DNA of 64,000 nucleotides from Candidatus Brocadiia bacterium (GCA_046538485.1 JBKHIT010000004.1:101875-165874), one strand, 5' to 3'; shown: positions 31,155 to 40,954, numbered from the stretch's first letter. Translations and numbers: made by a program. Notes: generated by a model from the sequence alone, not told the origin.

Positions 31155-31984
31155 ATATCGAGTCCTTCCTCTGCAGCTACCCCACGAATATACTCCGCGG
31201 CGGCGGCGTATTCGTCGGCATCGGGGAGATGTTCCATCATCACGGGCAGATCCGCGTCGAGTTCGGACACTGCCGTCAGATAGCTTTTGTAATCCAGGTT
31301 ACCCGTGCCCGGTCGCACTTCGTCCAGATGCACGGTCAGATTGTTCTGAAGGAGGGAATCTTTAGCGTGACACGATTTGATTTTGGGTCCGAGTTTAGCC
31401 ACGAAATCGCGGATGATCTCCCCGTTGTTGAAGTAGCGCTGGGGGCTGCAGATGAGGTTGACGGGATCGAAATGGACCGCAAAAGCCGATCGATCGATTG
31501 CTTCGACCAGATCGCAATACGAATCCGCCGAATCTGGATACATCCAAGGCATCGTCTCGAGGGTATAGAAAGTCCGTCTCGGCTCCACCGAATCGATGAT
31601 ATCGCGAACCGTATCCACGATCAGATCGAACGTTTCATCGGTCAGGTCTTCTGGAGAGGGTCCATCCCATTTTTCGCCGCGGGAACCGGAGATATTGACA
31701 CAACATCGGGCTCCGATTTGATCGGCGAGAGCCAGTGATTTCTTGCACTTATCGAGAGCCTCCGTGCGGGTCGCAGAATCCTTGCTGATCGGGTTGCTCC
31801 AGGCGCCAACTTCAGCGATGACAATATCCGCATCGGCCGCGGCATCGGCATAGGCTGTAATCGTTTCCGATCCGGCATCCGGGCCGACCGGGCAGGATGC
31901 GGCGCGATATCCGAGCTTTCGGAGAGCTGCGATCCATTCGTCAGGGGTCTCGAAATCCGAGAAAACAGGACCACCAAGTCTCAT
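31151..31984 (-). CDS. Sugar phosphate isomerase/epimerase (AP_endonuc_2 TIM barrel)
   Basis: LE.M, HFDPVN, HAKD, PG.G.LDY, MMEH metal-ligand pattern; likely start MRLGGP at 31984. Confidence 0.9.
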   Translation of the reverse strand: MRLGGPVFSDFETPDEWIAALRKLGYRAASCPVGPDAGSETITAYADAAADADIVIAEVGAWSNPISKDSATRTEALDKCKKSLALADQIGARCCVNISGSRGEKWDGPSPEDLTDETFDLIVDTVRDIIDSVEPRRTFYTLETMPWMYPDSADSYCDLVEAIDRSAFAVHFDPVNLICSPQRYFNNGEIIRDFVAKLGPKIKSCHAKDSLLQNNLTVHLDEVRPGTGNLDYKSYLTAVSELDADLPVMMEHLPDADEYAAAAEYIRGVAAEEGLDI

Positions 31985-32099
31985 CACTTCATCCTTTCTG
32001 AGTTTCAAAGCGTCCTCAAATTAGCTTCTTGCTGCCCAGAGCAAACCTTTTGAGAAAATGCCGGAACGTATCCGTTGAGCCCGTTAGCCAGCATCTTAC

Positions 32100-32257
32100 G
32101 TACGCGTTTAACCTACACAGACCGTCATTGCGAGGAGCGATAGCGACGAAGCAATCTCGTCGTTTTCCCAGCCCAACAGCGAGATTGCCGCGGATGCCTC
32201 CGGCATCCTCGCAATGACCTCTTCAGCGCCACTGCGGGAAACGCTAAACGCGCGTAC
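32100..32257. mobile_element. 158-bp MITE-like insertion with an 8-bp target duplication, carrying a REP-like doublet
   Basis: Imperfect terminal IRs GTACGCGTTTA / TAAACGCGCGTAC flanked by the direct repeat CATCTTAC (32092-32099 and 32258-32265). Confidence 0.7.
32124..32218. repeat. REP-like inverted doublet GTCATTGCGAGG...GCAATCTC / GAGATTGC...CCTCGCAATGAC
   Basis: Perfect 12-bp terminal IR, inner GCAATCTC/GAGATTGC IR and internal hairpins. Confidence 0.8.
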
Positions 32258-32346
32258 CATCTTACGGATGCAGGCTATGTAAAACGGCGCATGCCGTTTA
32301 GATGTAACAATTTATCCGTAAAATCCGGGCTGGCAAGTATGATCGA

Positions 32347-33372
32347 TCAGAGGGGGACCTCAGCATAATGGCCCTTACAGGGGTTTCCTGGCACAGTCAG
32401 AATTTTCGCAGCTGCCGGCATGCAGATGTAAGAGTAGTTTGTCACTCCCCTGTCGGGTTGGCCGTGCCGGCAGATGCTGGGGGCATCGTGGTGCTGAAGC
32501 AGAGATTTCATCCGGCCAAGGTCAAAGCCGGTTTTGCCTCGCAGTTGATCTTCAAAAAAACGAACGCGCGAAAGCGCATTCTGCTTGCCTTCCTCACTGC
32601 GCTTATCAGCTTCCGCCAGCATTGGAAGCTGATAGCAGTTGACGCAATTCATAAATGAAACGTCCGATGGGGGTTTCCGAACCTGCCACAGTGGACACGG
32701 GGCTTCGAACGAGCGGAGCGTGCCTTCCCGATCCACACACAAAATGCTGTACCCTTTCCCCCGCATCGGACGGGAGATCATGTGGCGATGGAACTCGGCG
32801 GTTGTCCGGCAACTCGTCATTCCGCGGTACCCCCAAAGTCTGATCGGCACATGGCTGTCGCTCTGCTGGTAAACGCTCCCCACCGAACTGTGTTCCAGCG
32901 CCAGGCCTTCGGCATTCATCCCATCGAGCACGGCCACCATACCGGAGAAACTGAATACGACCGCCGGGATGCGGTCGGGGAACGTAATCCGCCGACAGCA
33001 GATCGGTCTTTGCTGCTGGCGAGACAAGCCATCGTTATTTTTGCCCAGCAGCGGGCCGTCTGGTCCCTCAGAAAACGCCACGTTTGTGCAGCCTTCCCCG
33101 ACATTTAAATCATCAGCATAGGCGGGAATGTTCAGGCGCAGTAATGCATCGTAGGGCACATCAGCGCCCTCGGATACTCCACGGATTTCCTCAAGCACTT
33201 CTGGAAGAGTTTCTTCCATCACTCGTTCAAATACTGGACGGCGCCGTTTCCATAGAGGGCGTTCCCTTTCATTGCAGGGCATTGACAGGTGCTTTCTTAT
33301 ATCTTCCCGGAGCGCCTCGCCGGTCGCCCGCCCGACCTCGCGGGGCTCGCCTTTCACCTCAATGATTTTCAT
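32347..33372 (-). CDS. Peptidase C45 / Ntn-hydrolase (acyl-CoA:6-APA acyltransferase family)
   Basis: G.P.E.G...GE N-terminus, EEIRGVSEGA, autocleavage G|CT, KNND, GMNAEGL. Confidence 0.85.
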   Translation of the reverse strand: MKIIEVKGEPREVGRATGEALREDIRKHLSMPCNERERPLWKRRRPVFERVMEETLPEVLEEIRGVSEGADVPYDALLRLNIPAYADDLNVGEGCTNVAFSEGPDGPLLGKNNDGLSRQQQRPICCRRITFPDRIPAVVFSFSGMVAVLDGMNAEGLALEHSSVGSVYQQSDSHVPIRLWGYRGMTSCRTTAEFHRHMISRPMRGKGYSILCVDREGTLRSFEAPCPLWQVRKPPSDVSFMNCVNCYQLPMLAEADKRSEEGKQNALSRVRFFEDQLRGKTGFDLGRMKSLLQHHDAPSICRHGQPDRGVTNYSYICMPAAAKILTVPGNPCKGHYAEVPL

Positions 33373-33550
33373 TTTGTGTTCTTAAAAGCCAGAGAAATGG
33401 GCTCGAAACGGTATCAACAGAGGATCACGCCGCTAAACGTGGGAGCATCGGCTTTTTATGAAAGACCTCCACCAATTCTGGCAAGAGCAGACTGGACTTC
33501 GCCCGGAGCGTCCGTTTAGAGAGCATTGCATAATTCAATCATGGTTACTG

Positions 33551-33646
33551 GTTATTGCGAGTTGGCATCGCCGCCGCGGTAATCTCGCCGGGGGCCAAAA
33601 GAACGACAGGATTGCTGCGCCCATCTGACGACGGACTCGCAATGAC
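33551..33646. repeat. Second REP-like doublet
   Basis: GTTATTGCGAG...TAATCTC / GGATTGC...CTCGCAATGAC, same layout and length as 32124-32218. Confidence 0.7.
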
Positions 33647-33787
33647 CTCTGTAGCTACATCCTGAAGCCAAACAAATACCGCTCAGAGGGCAGGGTTCAG
33701 AATGCGGTTTAAAAAAGATCCTTGGCACAATAGCCATATCACGCCACATGAGAACAGATTTCGCCACCAAACAACCCGGACCAATTG

Positions 33788-35086
33788 TCAATCGTCATCC
33801 CGCGATGCACCAAAAGGCCCTCTTCTCTTCGCAAGACTGTTCGAAATAGACTCCGCCACCTCCCCCTCGAGGTAAACGCTCTGCGTCGGAAACGCCATCG
33901 AAAGCCCCATAACCCGTATTTCTCGCATGATGGCAAGATTAATACGTTCTTTTGTCTCCAGATGTTCGTCGAGTCCGAGTCCGACTGTATAGTAGTAGAC
34001 CAGGATGTTGAGGCTCGATCCGCCAAATTCAGCAAATCGCACCACTATGAATTCATCGTCGACGCCTTCGTCATTTCTGATGATCTCACGCACCTTCTCG
34101 ACGGCTTCTTCCATTTCATCGGGCGAGGTTTCATAAGTCAGTCCGATCGTCTGCTGAACGCGCCTTTTTTGCATTCGCGACCAGTTATCGATCGTGGCAT
34201 TGGCCACATTTTTATTCGGGACAGATACCAGCGTTCCATCCCAGGTTCGCACGCGGGTTGACCGGAAACCGATTTGTTCGACAAAACCGTCAACATCTTC
34301 CATCTTCACCCAATCTCCCACCTCGAACGGGCGGTCCAGGAACATGAAGACAGAACCAAAAAAATTGCCAAGCGTATCCTGTAAGGCCAAAGCAACGGCT
34401 AATCCGCCTATGCCCAGACCGGTAAGAAGGCTTGAGACACGGTAACCAAGCAGCTGAACGATCCACACACCGCACAGAATCCCTACTGTAACTTTCAACG
34501 CCTTACGAATCACCGGCATGATCTTGTCATCCAGTCCCGAGCCCGTTCCCGCCGCAAGTTTTTTCAAATACGAAACCAGGGCATCGATCAGCCGGAACAG
34601 GAACCATATAAAATCCGCTCCTAGCAGAACTTTGATCAGACCATCCGCAAACGCGCTGATATCCGGTTCTGTCGGAAGCGGTAGAAAGGACAACGCCCCG
34701 GCGAGTCCCAGCAATGCCAGCAAACAGCCCACCGGTTTGCTGGCAGCTTCAGCGATCGAATTGTCGAACTGCAGAGAGGTGCGTTCCAGAAGCGGTATGA
34801 TTTTCGACTGAAAGAGATAATCGGAGATCTTTTTCATTACCAAACCGACAAGAATGAGAATGAATGCTGCGATCATTTGCCATACAGCTACCCCCATGAA
34901 CTGGACTTGCGCCCAATCTGGGATCTTGCCGCTAAATGTATCTCCGAGCGCCGATCCTGACGTAGTTGTCTCGGCAGCACAGTATCCAACAGTTGGAAGT
35001 GCAACCATAAAAATTACAAAAATGATCACCGGTAGCAACAACGAGAATTTTTGTCGGCCACAAACTGCCCGTCGAGAAATATTCAT
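33788..35086 (-). CDS. MscS-family mechanosensitive channel
   Basis: Several TM helices, GLGIGGLAVALALQDTLGN, DRPFEVGDW, IGFRSTRVRT, VPN, AFPTQ. Confidence 0.95.
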   Translation of the reverse strand: MNISRRAVCGRQKFSLLLPVIIFVIFMVALPTVGYCAAETTTSGSALGDTFSGKIPDWAQVQFMGVAVWQMIAAFILILVGLVMKKISDYLFQSKIIPLLERTSLQFDNSIAEAASKPVGCLLALLGLAGALSFLPLPTEPDISAFADGLIKVLLGADFIWFLFRLIDALVSYLKKLAAGTGSGLDDKIMPVIRKALKVTVGILCGVWIVQLLGYRVSSLLTGLGIGGLAVALALQDTLGNFFGSVFMFLDRPFEVGDWVKMEDVDGFVEQIGFRSTRVRTWDGTLVSVPNKNVANATIDNWSRMQKRRVQQTIGLTYETSPDEMEEAVEKVREIIRNDEGVDDEFIVVRFAEFGGSSLNILVYYYTVGLGLDEHLETKERINLAIMREIRVMGLSMAFPTQSVYLEGEVAESISNSLAKRRGPFGASRDDD

Positions 35087-35246
35087 AATATGTCTCCATT
35101 ATCGCATTGAACTGAGCGACAAAACCTGGTAGGAACCATTATACACAGCGGCGTCCCCGGAATTAAATGTAGTATCCCACTGGAGCTTCAAGCGTGATTG
35201 CGCAGTTTCAGCCTGAACTCGAGTCTCAAGAGCCGGCGTTGTGCCC

Positions 35247-36038
35247 TCAGTATCCCAGCCCCCGCAAAAAATTGCGGCTCCGGGCGTTATCTTCCATCGG
35301 GGTGTTCGTCATGTCCAGTTCAACCCCGAGCCATCCGGTGTAGCCGACAGCTTCCAGGGCCCGCACGCAGCCGGGGATGTCGATTTTCAGGTTCCCTTCT
35401 CCCAGCGGCATAAAACCTGGCGTGAGTGGATCCGGACCGAAAATCCTGGTGTGAGCGTCTTTCAAATGCACGTGGCAGATACGCTCGCCATAGTCTTGGA
35501 TGGCTTTGATGGGATCCCCACCACCGGCCTGGAGGTGCGCGGTATCCAGCACAAGTTGCAGATGCGGCGCTGCCTCGAGGATACGATCGACTTCGTGCCG
35601 GTTCTCGGCCAGCGTCCAGAGGTGATTGTGCAGACCGGTGGGGATACCGAACTCTTCCATGCTAATCTTAGCTTCCTCCTCGAGTTCAGCAGCCGCCTTC
35701 TTGAACGCTTCATCCGGTATCCCCTCGATTCCGGCATCGATCCGTTTTCCCGCACCGCGCATGTTAATGATAGCCCCGCACTCTTTGATTTTGCGCAATT
35801 TTTCGCGAACCTCGTCCCCGGAATTGATACGCACCAACTCCAGGCCGGCCTCATCCAACATTCGCCTGACGGCATCGACGCCACCGACGGATTCCAACCG
35901 TGTCCCCATTTCCACCCCTTCGTATCCCGCTTGCGCGACTTCATTCAGCACCTGCTGGCACCATTCGGGGTCGTCACCGAGTGCCCGCTTCTTGAACGTC
36001 CAGGAAATTGTCCCACAACAGACTTTGTTTTTCTCCAT
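35247..36038 (-). CDS. Sugar phosphate isomerase/epimerase (IolE-like TIM barrel)
   Basis: GYEGVE, HNH, LDTAHL, HVHLKD, GEG, GW..VE.D. Confidence 0.9.
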   Translation of the reverse strand: MEKNKVCCGTISWTFKKRALGDDPEWCQQVLNEVAQAGYEGVEMGTRLESVGGVDAVRRMLDEAGLELVRINSGDEVREKLRKIKECGAIINMRGAGKRIDAGIEGIPDEAFKKAAAELEEEAKISMEEFGIPTGLHNHLWTLAENRHEVDRILEAAPHLQLVLDTAHLQAGGGDPIKAIQDYGERICHVHLKDAHTRIFGPDPLTPGFMPLGEGNLKIDIPGCVRALEAVGYTGWLGVELDMTNTPMEDNARSRNFLRGLGY

Positions 36039-36181
36039 CGCGTCATCCTTTCAGTAAGCAGGAAATGAACTTCTGATCCCTCGTCCAACACAAAACCGTG
36101 AAAAAAAGATGAATTGCAAAATCACCCGCAGCGAGTTTTAACCGCTAATAGGTCCCTTTTTTCATGTTTTCCGTAGCGCGC

Positions 36182-37246
36182 CTACAATTTGTTTCTATAG
36201 CAGAAATCCTCCAGAGCCGTCATAAGGGCATCAAGATTCCGAACCGGAATGCCCGGGTAGATATCAGCCTGCATCATGAGGCCGCCACGGGGGGAAGACA
36301 GTTTTTCCACCTCTTCCCGTATCAGATCCCGGACTTCTTCCGGCGTGCCGAAACGGACCACGTTCTGGCGATCGATGTCCAGCGCGAGGCAAACACGTCC
36401 CTTCAGGTTGTCGCGTATCCAGTCGATTCCGTTGACCAGATCCTGGATGTTCAGACACTGCACCCCCAGGTCCAGTAAATCCTCGGCAAGGTCCCGGATA
36501 TCGCCGTCCGAATGCATGCTGATAACACATCCGGCCTCACGCGCGGGTTTCATGAGACGATCCCACGTGGGTTTGAGGTATTTTTTGAAATGAGCCGGGC
36601 TCATCATCGGCCCATGCTGCATTCCCAGATCCTCGCCGTAATGCATCCGGTCCACCCCCATCTCCATGTAACGTCGCACAATGTAGAGGAAAAAGCTTTC
36701 GATCATTCCGATCAATTCTCGCAACCGGGGCTCGTCGTCACTCATGTCTAACAGGACATTTTCGTAGCCCCGCAGATAGATCAGTCGCAGCCAGTTGTGA
36801 CCGTGTCCCAGACTTCCGCTCGTGAGCCGCCCCCGTTCCTTCTGCCTCTGGATACGCTCTGCTTCTTCATCCCAATCCAGCGACCCCTCGGGCATTCGCC
36901 CTTTTGTTTTCGCCGGATTCGGCGGCAGGTAATCGGCAAAATCCTCCCAGTGCTCCAGTGGATGCTCGACGACGCTCCCTGTGATGCATTCCTCGGAGGT
37001 CTCCCAGACGCAGCCCCACGGATCGGTGTATCGTTCATCCTCCCGTTGCCAGGGCCGTCCCCGGGGTTCAATCGGTTCGTCAGGACGTTGAAAGTTGGGG
37101 AACAGCAGGGGATGTTTTTCTTTGAGATCGAACAGGTCATCCTGGTCATAGTTGTTCCAGCAGGATCCGTTGAACCAGAAGTTCACCGGTATGTGCTCCG
37201 GTCCTTCAAACTTCACAGCACGCAGATAATTTTCTCTTTCGTTCAT
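36182..37246 (-). CDS. Uroporphyrinogen decarboxylase-like (URO-D/CIMS superfamily) protein
   Basis: D.WG..W, LRGYEN, EDLGMQ.G..MSP, HSDG, DID.Q, GTPEEV; start MNERENY at 37246. Confidence 0.85.
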   Translation of the reverse strand: MNERENYLRAVKFEGPEHIPVNFWFNGSCWNNYDQDDLFDLKEKHPLLFPNFQRPDEPIEPRGRPWQREDERYTDPWGCVWETSEECITGSVVEHPLEHWEDFADYLPPNPAKTKGRMPEGSLDWDEEAERIQRQKERGRLTSGSLGHGHNWLRLIYLRGYENVLLDMSDDEPRLRELIGMIESFFLYIVRRYMEMGVDRMHYGEDLGMQHGPMMSPAHFKKYLKPTWDRLMKPAREAGCVISMHSDGDIRDLAEDLLDLGVQCLNIQDLVNGIDWIRDNLKGRVCLALDIDRQNVVRFGTPEEVRDLIREEVEKLSSPRGGLMMQADIYPGIPVRNLDALMTALEDFCYRNKL

Positions 37247-37269
37247 CGGTTCAATCTCCAAAATCGCCG

Positions 37270-37380
37270 TCGGTATCGTTATCGTCGTCGTAATCACGCC
37301 CCGGGCGGACAAGTCGTCGTCGCCTCCTCTCAACAGACCAGCGGAGAAAACGGGCGATGATGATTACGACGACTACGATG
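37270..37380. repeat. Inverted pair of CGT/CGTAAT low-complexity repeats
   Basis: GTCGTCGTAATCA (37284-37296) and its exact reverse complement at 37361-37373. Confidence 0.7.
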
Positions 37381-38830
37381 AGGATTCGGACGGCTGGAAC
37401 CAGCGGCCCTGTCGAGGAAGACGCGGCACGTTGGCCATCCGGTCGATAAGGCGGCCCTGCATCTGAGAAAGTCTTTCAGATTCCTCCCTGTTTTCGGCCA
37501 GGTTGGACAGCTCATGAGGGTCCTTGGCAAGGTTGAACAGCAGGTCCCCACCTCCGGCCGTCCGGGTGTATTTCCAGTCTCCGGCACGCACCATGCGCAT
37601 TCCGTAACCCGTCGCGGCGGTGCCCGTCTCCGCATACACGCTGTCGCGGAAATCCGGGCCGCCCTCGCGCACGTAATTCCAGAATGATTTCCCCGGAGAG
37701 CCGGGCAGTGCCTCTTCCCTCTGTTCTTCATCCAGGCCCGCAATCTCCAGTATCGTCTGGGTCAGGTCAACCGATTCCACCAGGCCCGACAGCATCGTGT
37801 CGGCCGGAACGCTCTCCGGATATCGCACCAGAATGGGCGTTCGGCACGAACCTTCGTAGGAACAGATCTTCCGGGCATGACCATGATCGCCCAGCATATC
37901 ACCGTGGTCCGTCGTGAACAGCACGACGGTGTCATCCAGGTGTCCCGCTTTCTCCAGCGACTCCAAAAGTTGTCCAATCTGATCGTCCACCAGTGTCATC
38001 AGTCCCATGTACATGGCTCGGTTTTCCCGCCAGCTCCGGATTTCACCCGAATCCTCAAGCCCCCGAGGGACGGGCATGTCGTCGGGACTGTAAAGCTGAA
38101 AATATTTCTCGGGGACATCGAGCGGATAATGGGGACCGAAGAACGAGGCGTGGAGGAAAAACGGCTCCTCCCGGTCGTAGCCCTCCACGAACTCGCACAT
38201 CTCCTGAGCCATGAAGCCATCGAGTGTATCCTCCACCTCCAGCACTCCCGGGCGATACGGCTCGCGGCCGCCGTTCTCGCTGCGACTCTCTCCCCGCTCC
38301 ATATTCTCCTGACGGGCTTTTTCATACAATCCCTTCTCTTTCAGATGTTCCGTATAGTGCGACCCCTTGATGCCCGGCCGACCCTGATTGCACCGAAAGG
38401 ACCACAGTCCCCGGCCGGAGCCCTCGTAAACCGTATCAAAACCCCACACCTGACTGTGGGGTTCCAGCTCAGCCATGTGATATTTCTCCAACGTGGCGCC
38501 GGTGTAGGCGTGGAGTTTTCCGATGATCCCCGTATGATATCCCTGTCGCTGAAGCGCCTGCGGCATCGTCGGCTGATCATCCGGCCAGTCGTAACCGTTC
38601 CGCGCCCCGCGCTCGGTCTGGCAGCCGTACAGCCCGGTCAACCAGCCATACCGACACGGCTGACACAGCGGGCTGTTGGAATAAGCGTTGGTGAGCGTCG
38701 TCCCCTCCCGTCGCAGCCGTGCAAGATTGGAGGGCTGAGGCCAGTTGGCATGTTCAGCGCCATAGGTATCGTAGCGCTGCTCGTCGGTGGTGATCAGCAG
38801 AATATTTGGTTGGGGGGTGTTTTCTGGCAT
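37373..38830 (-). CDS. Sulfatase (Cys-type; choline-sulfatase-like group)
   Basis: PNILLITTDEQR, CQPCR, GKLH, GPHYP, TDHGDMLG; no signal peptide. Confidence 0.92.
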   Translation of the reverse strand: MPENTPQPNILLITTDEQRYDTYGAEHANWPQPSNLARLRREGTTLTNAYSNSPLCQPCRYGWLTGLYGCQTERGARNGYDWPDDQPTMPQALQRQGYHTGIIGKLHAYTGATLEKYHMAELEPHSQVWGFDTVYEGSGRGLWSFRCNQGRPGIKGSHYTEHLKEKGLYEKARQENMERGESRSENGGREPYRPGVLEVEDTLDGFMAQEMCEFVEGYDREEPFFLHASFFGPHYPLDVPEKYFQLYSPDDMPVPRGLEDSGEIRSWRENRAMYMGLMTLVDDQIGQLLESLEKAGHLDDTVVLFTTDHGDMLGDHGHARKICSYEGSCRTPILVRYPESVPADTMLSGLVESVDLTQTILEIAGLDEEQREEALPGSPGKSFWNYVREGGPDFRDSVYAETGTAATGYGMRMVRAGDWKYTRTAGGGDLLFNLAKDPHELSNLAENREESERLSQMQGRLIDRMANVPRLPRQGRWFQPSESSS

Positions 38831-38841
38831 ATGTACTCCAA

Positions 38842-39158
38842 ATCGTCGTCGTAATCATCGTCGTAATCGTCGTCGGCCGTTAAAACCCCAATCGTAATCC
38901 GTCGAAGATTCGCCGTTCGGCTAATAATCATTTCGATAAAAAAAGAGCGAAACGATGCCCAGCAGAAGCCCTCCCTCGGCCCTGTGCCGGGGCAGGCCCA
39001 GCGGGCAAATCGCAGCGACTTTCTTCCAAAGAGACATCCGATGTTGTCCCCGGCTACATGGCGAAACAGGTGTTACGTACAACGCAATTTACCGGAACCC
39101 TTCCCTGTGCCTGCACAAACAACGACAACGCCCGACGACGATTACGACGACGATTACG
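38842..39158. repeat. 27-bp inverted repeat of (CGTAATCGTCGT)n units bracketing an intergenic region
   Basis: 38850-38876 matches the reverse complement of 39132-39158 at 26/27 positions. Confidence 0.75.
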
Positions 39159-39170
39159 GTCACGATATTT

Positions 39171-39809
39171 TCAGGCCGGGCCGTACTGATCCGAACCCTC
39201 CAGCGGGAGATGCTGGATCCATACGTTCCGGTAACTGACCGGATCGCCGTCGCCGTGGCATTGCAGCAGCAGAGGCCCCGGCGTGGTCATGTCGGGATCT
39301 ATACCCTCGCGCATCCGGTTGACGGTGGGTTCGGGCAGCTCGACGTTGTTGTGCACGAGCACGTCGTTATGCAACACCGTTGCCCGTGCCGGCTCGCAGA
39401 TTTCACCGTCGTCATCGGTGCGCGGGGAACGGAAAAAGACATCGTAGGTCTGCCACTCTCGGGGCGCTTTACATGCATTCACCAGTGGTGCGTGCATGCC
39501 ATAAAACGCACCGCAGTCGCCCTGACCGGGTATGTTCACATCAAAGGAATCCAGGACTTGAATCTCGTACCGTCCCTGGATGAACACACCGCTGTTGCCG
39601 CGCCACTGCCCCTCCTGGTCGGGCATGTAGGGCACGCGAAACTCGACGTGGAGAACTGCGTCGGTGAAGGTTTCCTCGGATATGATATCCTCCTCGGTCA
39701 CCGTCATAGCGCCATCCTCAAGCTCCCAGCGCGCGGGGCCGCCGCCCTCGCTGTGCCAGTTATCCAGACTGCTGCCATCGAACAACATCACTTTTGCGTG
39801 CTGATCCAT
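39171..39809 (-). CDS. DUF1080 (3-keto-disaccharide hydrolase family) protein
   Basis: LFDG, LHVEF, GNSGVF.QGRYEIQVLDS, LLQ.HG, YRNVWI. Confidence 0.93.
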   Translation of the reverse strand: MDQHAKVMLFDGSSLDNWHSEGGGPARWELEDGAMTVTEEDIISEETFTDAVLHVEFRVPYMPDQEGQWRGNSGVFIQGRYEIQVLDSFDVNIPGQGDCGAFYGMHAPLVNACKAPREWQTYDVFFRSPRTDDDGEICEPARATVLHNDVLVHNNVELPEPTVNRMREGIDPDMTTPGPLLLQCHGDGDPVSYRNVWIQHLPLEGSDQYGPA

Positions 39810-39827
39810 CGTTTTACTCCCAAAATC

Positions 39828-39858
39828 CTAATCGCAATCGTAATCTCAATCCTAATCG
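39828..39858. repeat. Degenerate (CGTAAT)n hexamer run
   Basis: CTAATCGCAATCGTAATCTCAATCCTAATCG. Confidence 0.55.
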
Positions 39859-39922
39859 TCTTTTTCAATTCAAGCCGTCCAAAGACCGGGCTACTCCCTG
39901 TGGATTTCGCCAACCCGACCTC

Positions 39923-40954
39923 TCAGTCGACCAGATCCTCATACGCCTCTCTCACCTCGACCAACCGCCGGCCCTGGTCCTCGGGGATTTTGCCCTGGGG
40001 GCTGGGCGTGACGTTGAACACGCAGTTCGCGTTGCGGGCATGACAGAGGAGACGCACGCCCAGAAGTTCTTCCAGGCTCCGCGGCACCACGTCCGGTCCC
40101 CACCACCAGCCCCAGCTATTATCGTGAGCGATGGTGCAGTTTTCGATCGGCACGAAGTAGTCCCGGGGATTCTCAACCTCATTGCCATACCAATCCCACG
40201 GGAGTGAGCGCCACGAATTTTCGCAACCCCAGATCGGTGGGACTCCTGCCTCGATGGCGATTGTGTCGGCGGGCCAGGCATAGGGCTTCACATTGGGACA
40301 CTTCCCATTGTCCTCCCAATCGCTGTTCATGGAAATCACCGTCTCCGGCTGGAGCGACTCTATATGTTTCGTTAGTTCCCGACGTCCTGCCCCCCCATAT
40401 TTTTGAGGACCGTCAAACCATATTTCCTCGATGGGCCCGTACCACGTCAGAAGTTCCTCCAGTTGGGCCATAGTAAAATCGAGATATCGACGGGTTACAT
40501 AGAAGAATTCCTCTTTGCTCGGGCCCTTCACAAAATCCTCCGACGACATATTGTGCCGGTCACCTCCGATGTAGAGCGCGGGCCGGATGTCGTATTTATC
40601 GCAGGCTTTCACGAACTCACCGATCACGTCGGTGCTCTCCGGCGCGTTGGCCACCGAAAAGTCGGACTGTTCGGTGGGCCACATCGAGAATCCACCGGCC
40701 CGCACGTGTTTCGCGTTCATGATAATGTACTTCATCCCGGCCTCTTGAGCCACCCGGACCCACTGGTCCACATCCAGATCCGTAGGGTTATAGAGGGTAA
40801 TGGGGTGATCGCCCGAGCCGAGTCCTTCAGCGCTCGCAAACGTATTGAGTCCGTAGTGTATGAACATCCCGTACTCGAGCTTTTCCCAGCGCTGAAGTCG
40901 TTCCACCGACAAACGCTGGTTTCCTTCTCTTTGATCCTGCTCTTGAGCTGTCAT
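39923..40954 (-). CDS. GH29 alpha-L-fucosidase-like
   Basis: YGMFIHYG, AGMKY...AKH, WFDG nucleophile, NV.P...G; the KH segment is somewhat divergent. Confidence 0.85.
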   Translation of the reverse strand: MTAQEQDQREGNQRLSVERLQRWEKLEYGMFIHYGLNTFASAEGLGSGDHPITLYNPTDLDVDQWVRVAQEAGMKYIIMNAKHVRAGGFSMWPTEQSDFSVANAPESTDVIGEFVKACDKYDIRPALYIGGDRHNMSSEDFVKGPSKEEFFYVTRRYLDFTMAQLEELLTWYGPIEEIWFDGPQKYGGAGRRELTKHIESLQPETVISMNSDWEDNGKCPNVKPYAWPADTIAIEAGVPPIWGCENSWRSLPWDWYGNEVENPRDYFVPIENCTIAHDNSWGWWWGPDVVPRSLEELLGVRLLCHARNANCVFNVTPSPQGKIPEDQGRRLVEVREAYEDLVD

